Below are positions 61,530-64,000 of a stretch of 64,000 bases of DNA, piece after piece. Numbering within the stretch: position 1 is the first letter of the stretch; every line of letters starts with the position of its first letter. The notes beneath the pieces are model-generated. The model had not been told where the DNA came from, searched no databases, and saw only the letters and a list, made by a program, of their open reading frames with translations. The position numbers and the translations under genes were made by a program. The DNA is taken from sequence record NC_048173.1. One strand, 5' to 3'.

Positions 61530-63716
61530 TTACAGTCGAGACGGGCCGCCCATGAACGCTGCCACGATACGGGCAGGTGGGGTGTCCATTACGGCGTTGG
61601 TGATGTTACTCACTGACGCAGCAGACTTCCAGCTCATCAGCCATTTGTTCCAGTTCATGTTCAGCATCTCAATCCCTTTGGTACGCTGATGTAATGACGC
61701 ACCACCCAACACCGCCATAAAGTCTGAGAACTTATTATCGTCATCAAACACGGACGGGTCGGTTACCAGCGGCATGTGCATTACACGAGACAGGTCTTTA
61801 ATGGTCACACTGATATCCACGCTCAACGGGATACCGTCTTTACGCCAACCCAAGTTACCTACCCCAAAGGTCATACTGACGTTGGTCACCATCGCGTTAC
61901 GGAAGGCAAAGCGGCCACGGGAATAACATTCAAGGTAGAACGGGTGGATGTACGACTGTTTACCGGTCGACAGCGGGCAGACCGCAGCAATCCAGAACGC
62001 AATCGGGACGATGATTTCTTGGAACACGTCCAAGTCATTACCTGACCATGCGCGTAATGGGATGTTGAGCGTTAAGTCATCGCCGGAAGTATCCGAGGAA
62101 TCCCACACTTCCGGGAAGTCGACCACCGACTGGCTGTAAAGCGCCGCCAGCCCGGTTAAGTGCAGCGTATCAAGTGCCCCACCTAACGCCGACTTCACCC
62201 CCTCAATTGCCCCATCGACAAAGTCCGCACCGGTTTTCCCGCCGGAGGTATTGACGTCGAGACTACGGGCTGCCGAGGTCATGCTGTTGACTTTACCCGA
62301 GATTTCCGGTTCTTTGGTGGAGTTCGACCAACTACGCTGTGTGGTATCACGTCCATCAATACGCCATGTAACCCACTGTGCGCCATCTTGCAGCTCAGAC
62401 AAGGCTTGGGTACCGATTTGTGTTTTGAGCTTGTTGACGGCCTCTGCAGCGCCATCTACGAAGCTACCAAACAGGTCGCCCATGGATTTCCCGCCGGTTT
62501 CGTCGGCATACTTCGAAATCTCTTCGTCGGTCAGGCCACCGGTCGCCAGTTTCTCGACGCCACTGGTGGTCATCACCGGTTCAGGAGCTGTACCATCTGC
62601 AGAAGGGGTCTGCTGCTGCGTATAGTTCTGCCGCAACTGGTTCAGTGTCCCTTCGGCTTCGGCGGCTTTCGCATCGTCAATCCCTAAATAGCCGGCATTG
62701 GACTTGTGATACAGTTCCAAATCGGCCAACGAGACTTCGTACTTCTGCGCTGACTCACGCACCTGTTGGGTATAACGGGCATTACGGTAGAAACGCTCCA
62801 GCTTAGCCTCGACGTCTTCCGTGTTGCTACCGTCATTGTAAATCTGCTCCAGCATGCTCGCCTGATAGTTCGCCAGTGTCTGGTAGCGGTTAATCATCTT
62901 GTAGATGTCAAACTCACCACTCGACTTCCAGATACCCGGTAACATCCCGTACAGGTCTTTACGGTCGTTGAAGTATTTGTTTTCTGGTTTGTCGATACCT
63001 TTCATCTGCGCTTGCTGACGTTTGTCATCGTACACGTTCCATTGACCTAATGACTGAATAGGAACAAGGCGACGATACAACAGCTGGGTGTTGACGATGT
63101 TCTGTACCGCACGCAAGTACAAGTGCATCGTGGGCCGTACGTAGTAATACTTCGACGACTGCTTGTTCAACACCATTTTGATGATGCGCGGGATAATCAG
63201 GATAGCGGCGAAAGCTACCGTTCCCGTGGCTGCCCAAATTGCTGCACCTGTCACCCACGAGGCGACGGTGCGAATGATACGGGTGTAATCACCGGTACGG
63301 GCCAAATATGCCAAGTTTGAATCGTACATGTTCGCAAAGAATGCCACGACTCCGAGGTACTTCGGCTTACCGTATCGACAGTGAACGTAGAAGGCGTTCT
63401 CCTCAATCGACTCCTGATAATAGGTGCCCATGGTGTACGAGCCGACTTCCGCTTGTGCCTGAATCTTCTCTTGTTGGTCGCCGCGTGAATAGTTAAGCGG
63501 GTTAGCAAAAAGGCCACCTACAGAAGGGTCAGCAAAGCGAGTAAACTGCGGTGGCGCATTGAGCGCTTGGTTACCACCCATGGTCGTATCAGATGATGCG
63601 AAGTACGCTGAACTGTACATGCGCAAGTTACGTAACCGGTTGTCCCCCATTTGCGGTGCCAACCCAAACACGGAACGCACCCAAGATTGGTCCGATAATC
63701 TTTCTGTGGTTGCCAT
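61530..63716 (-). CDS. Tail/baseplate structural protein (728 aa; phiKZ gp182-like by synteny)
   Basis: GGAG RBS. C-terminal LECYSRG..AMVTNVSMTFG..GW..DGIP..VDISVTIKDL resembles tube/hub-fold baseplate proteins. Confidence 0.6.
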   Translation of the reverse strand: MATTERLSDQSWVRSVFGLAPQMGDNRLRNLRMYSSAYFASSDTTMGGNQALNAPPQFTRFADPSVGGLFANPLNYSRGDQQEKIQAQAEVGSYTMGTYYQESIEENAFYVHCRYGKPKYLGVVAFFANMYDSNLAYLARTGDYTRIIRTVASWVTGAAIWAATGTVAFAAILIIPRIIKMVLNKQSSKYYYVRPTMHLYLRAVQNIVNTQLLYRRLVPIQSLGQWNVYDDKRQQAQMKGIDKPENKYFNDRKDLYGMLPGIWKSSGEFDIYKMINRYQTLANYQASMLEQIYNDGSNTEDVEAKLERFYRNARYTQQVRESAQKYEVSLADLELYHKSNAGYLGIDDAKAAEAEGTLNQLRQNYTQQQTPSADGTAPEPVMTTSGVEKLATGGLTDEEISKYADETGGKSMGDLFGSFVDGAAEAVNKLKTQIGTQALSELQDGAQWVTWRIDGRDTTQRSWSNSTKEPEISGKVNSMTSAARSLDVNTSGGKTGADFVDGAIEGVKSALGGALDTLHLTGLAALYSQSVVDFPEVWDSSDTSGDDLTLNIPLRAWSGNDLDVFQEIIVPIAFWIAAVCPLSTGKQSYIHPFYLECYSRGRFAFRNAMVTNVSMTFGVGNLGWRKDGIPLSVDISVTIKDLSRVMHMPLVTDPSVFDDDNKFSDFMAVLGGASLHQRTKGIEMLNMNWNKWLMSWKSAASVSNITNAVMDTPPARIVAAFMGGPSRL

Positions 63717-63730
63717 TTTAGACTCCAGTT

Positions 63731-63753
63731 AAAGGGGGAGGTTGCCCTCCCCC
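63731..63753 (-). terminator. GNRA hairpin / weak terminator
   Basis: GGGGGAGG-GCAA-CCTCCCCC followed by TTT on the minus strand. Confidence 0.5.
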
Positions 63754-63760
63754 ATGATTA

Positions 63761-64000
63761 CTACTGTGTGGTGATACGGTTTGTCGCGATGGTAGGTTCG
63801 CCATGCACAACTTTTGCGCCCGGTGCTGCAGACGGTTGCGCGCCTGCGGAACGGTCACCTGCCCCGCCCATAGACGCCCCACCGGTAACAGCCGTGGCAA
63901 TCGTAATCAGTTGCGTCAACATCTGACGCTGAACATTCAGAGACTGCTGCGGAATGGACAGTGAGTTGTCATTAACCGACGCCGGTGTCTCAGTTGGCGC
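63761..64000 (-). CDS. C-terminal end of a large tail protein (possible tape-measure/tail lysozyme; truncated by window edge)
   Basis: Open minus frame from 64000 to TAG 63761: APTETPASVNDNSLSIPQQSLNVQRQMLTQLITIATAVTGG..NRITTQ. Identity inferred only from composition and position. Confidence 0.5.
   Translation of the reverse strand, partial: APTETPASVNDNSLSIPQQSLNVQRQMLTQLITIATAVTGGASMGGAGDRSAGAQPSAAPGAKVVHGEPTIATNRITTQ

Noticed and set aside
870-63900. The many 60-190-aa ORFs antisense to or nested in long genes in the ORF track
   Set aside because: They lack RBSs and recognisable motifs, and they overlap better-supported genes. They are expected by chance at about 50% GC.
1-64000. Bacterial chromosome or integrated prophage
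   Set aside because: No housekeeping operons, integrase, att-like junction or IS elements were found. The split RNAP subunit, dense orphans and phage-type promoters indicate a lytic jumbo phage.

Overview
This window is phage DNA, not host chromosome: the tail/baseplate and neighbouring accessory region of a phiKZ-like (Chimalliviridae-type) jumbo myovirus, with roughly 50% GC by eye. The gene content and order resemble enterobacterial SPN3US/Erwinia-type jumbo phages; this assignment is inferred from motifs and synteny, with no database search run. Layout: (1) 1-5028 (+), a tandem array of paralogous virion proteins. (2) 27535 down to 5081 (-), a long structural block: three giant paralogous tail-fibre-like proteins, a coiled-coil fibre protein, three small peptides with a shared MAVSLN leader (two carry 82-aa cores with 21 Cys in Cxxx repeats), two radical SAM enzymes (one with a SPASM domain), two unknown proteins, a DUF4376-like fibre-assembly protein, a DUF1353-like protein, an M15-type peptidase and two small structural paralogs. 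(3) 27605-30324, a structural protein, a signal-less DUF1471-like protein and the baseplate spike. (4) 30624-61476, mostly (+): SbcC/Rad50-like ATPase, DarG-like macrodomain, secreted lytic transglycosylase, spanin-like pair, DEDDh exonuclease, RNase H, UvsX/RecA, a split RNA polymerase beta C-terminal subunit, NADAR-like and CYTH-like proteins, and many orphans. (5) 61530-64000 (-), tail structural genes. The standout is a phage-encoded Cxxx-repeat peptide / radical SAM (RiPP-like) modification system at about 7.5-12.9 kb. It sits between tail-fibre genes and a fibre-assembly gene and has no exporter or leader protease, which suggests post-translationally crosslinked or metal-loaded virion fibre components. 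No tRNA, rRNA, CRISPR array, integrase or transposase was recognised.
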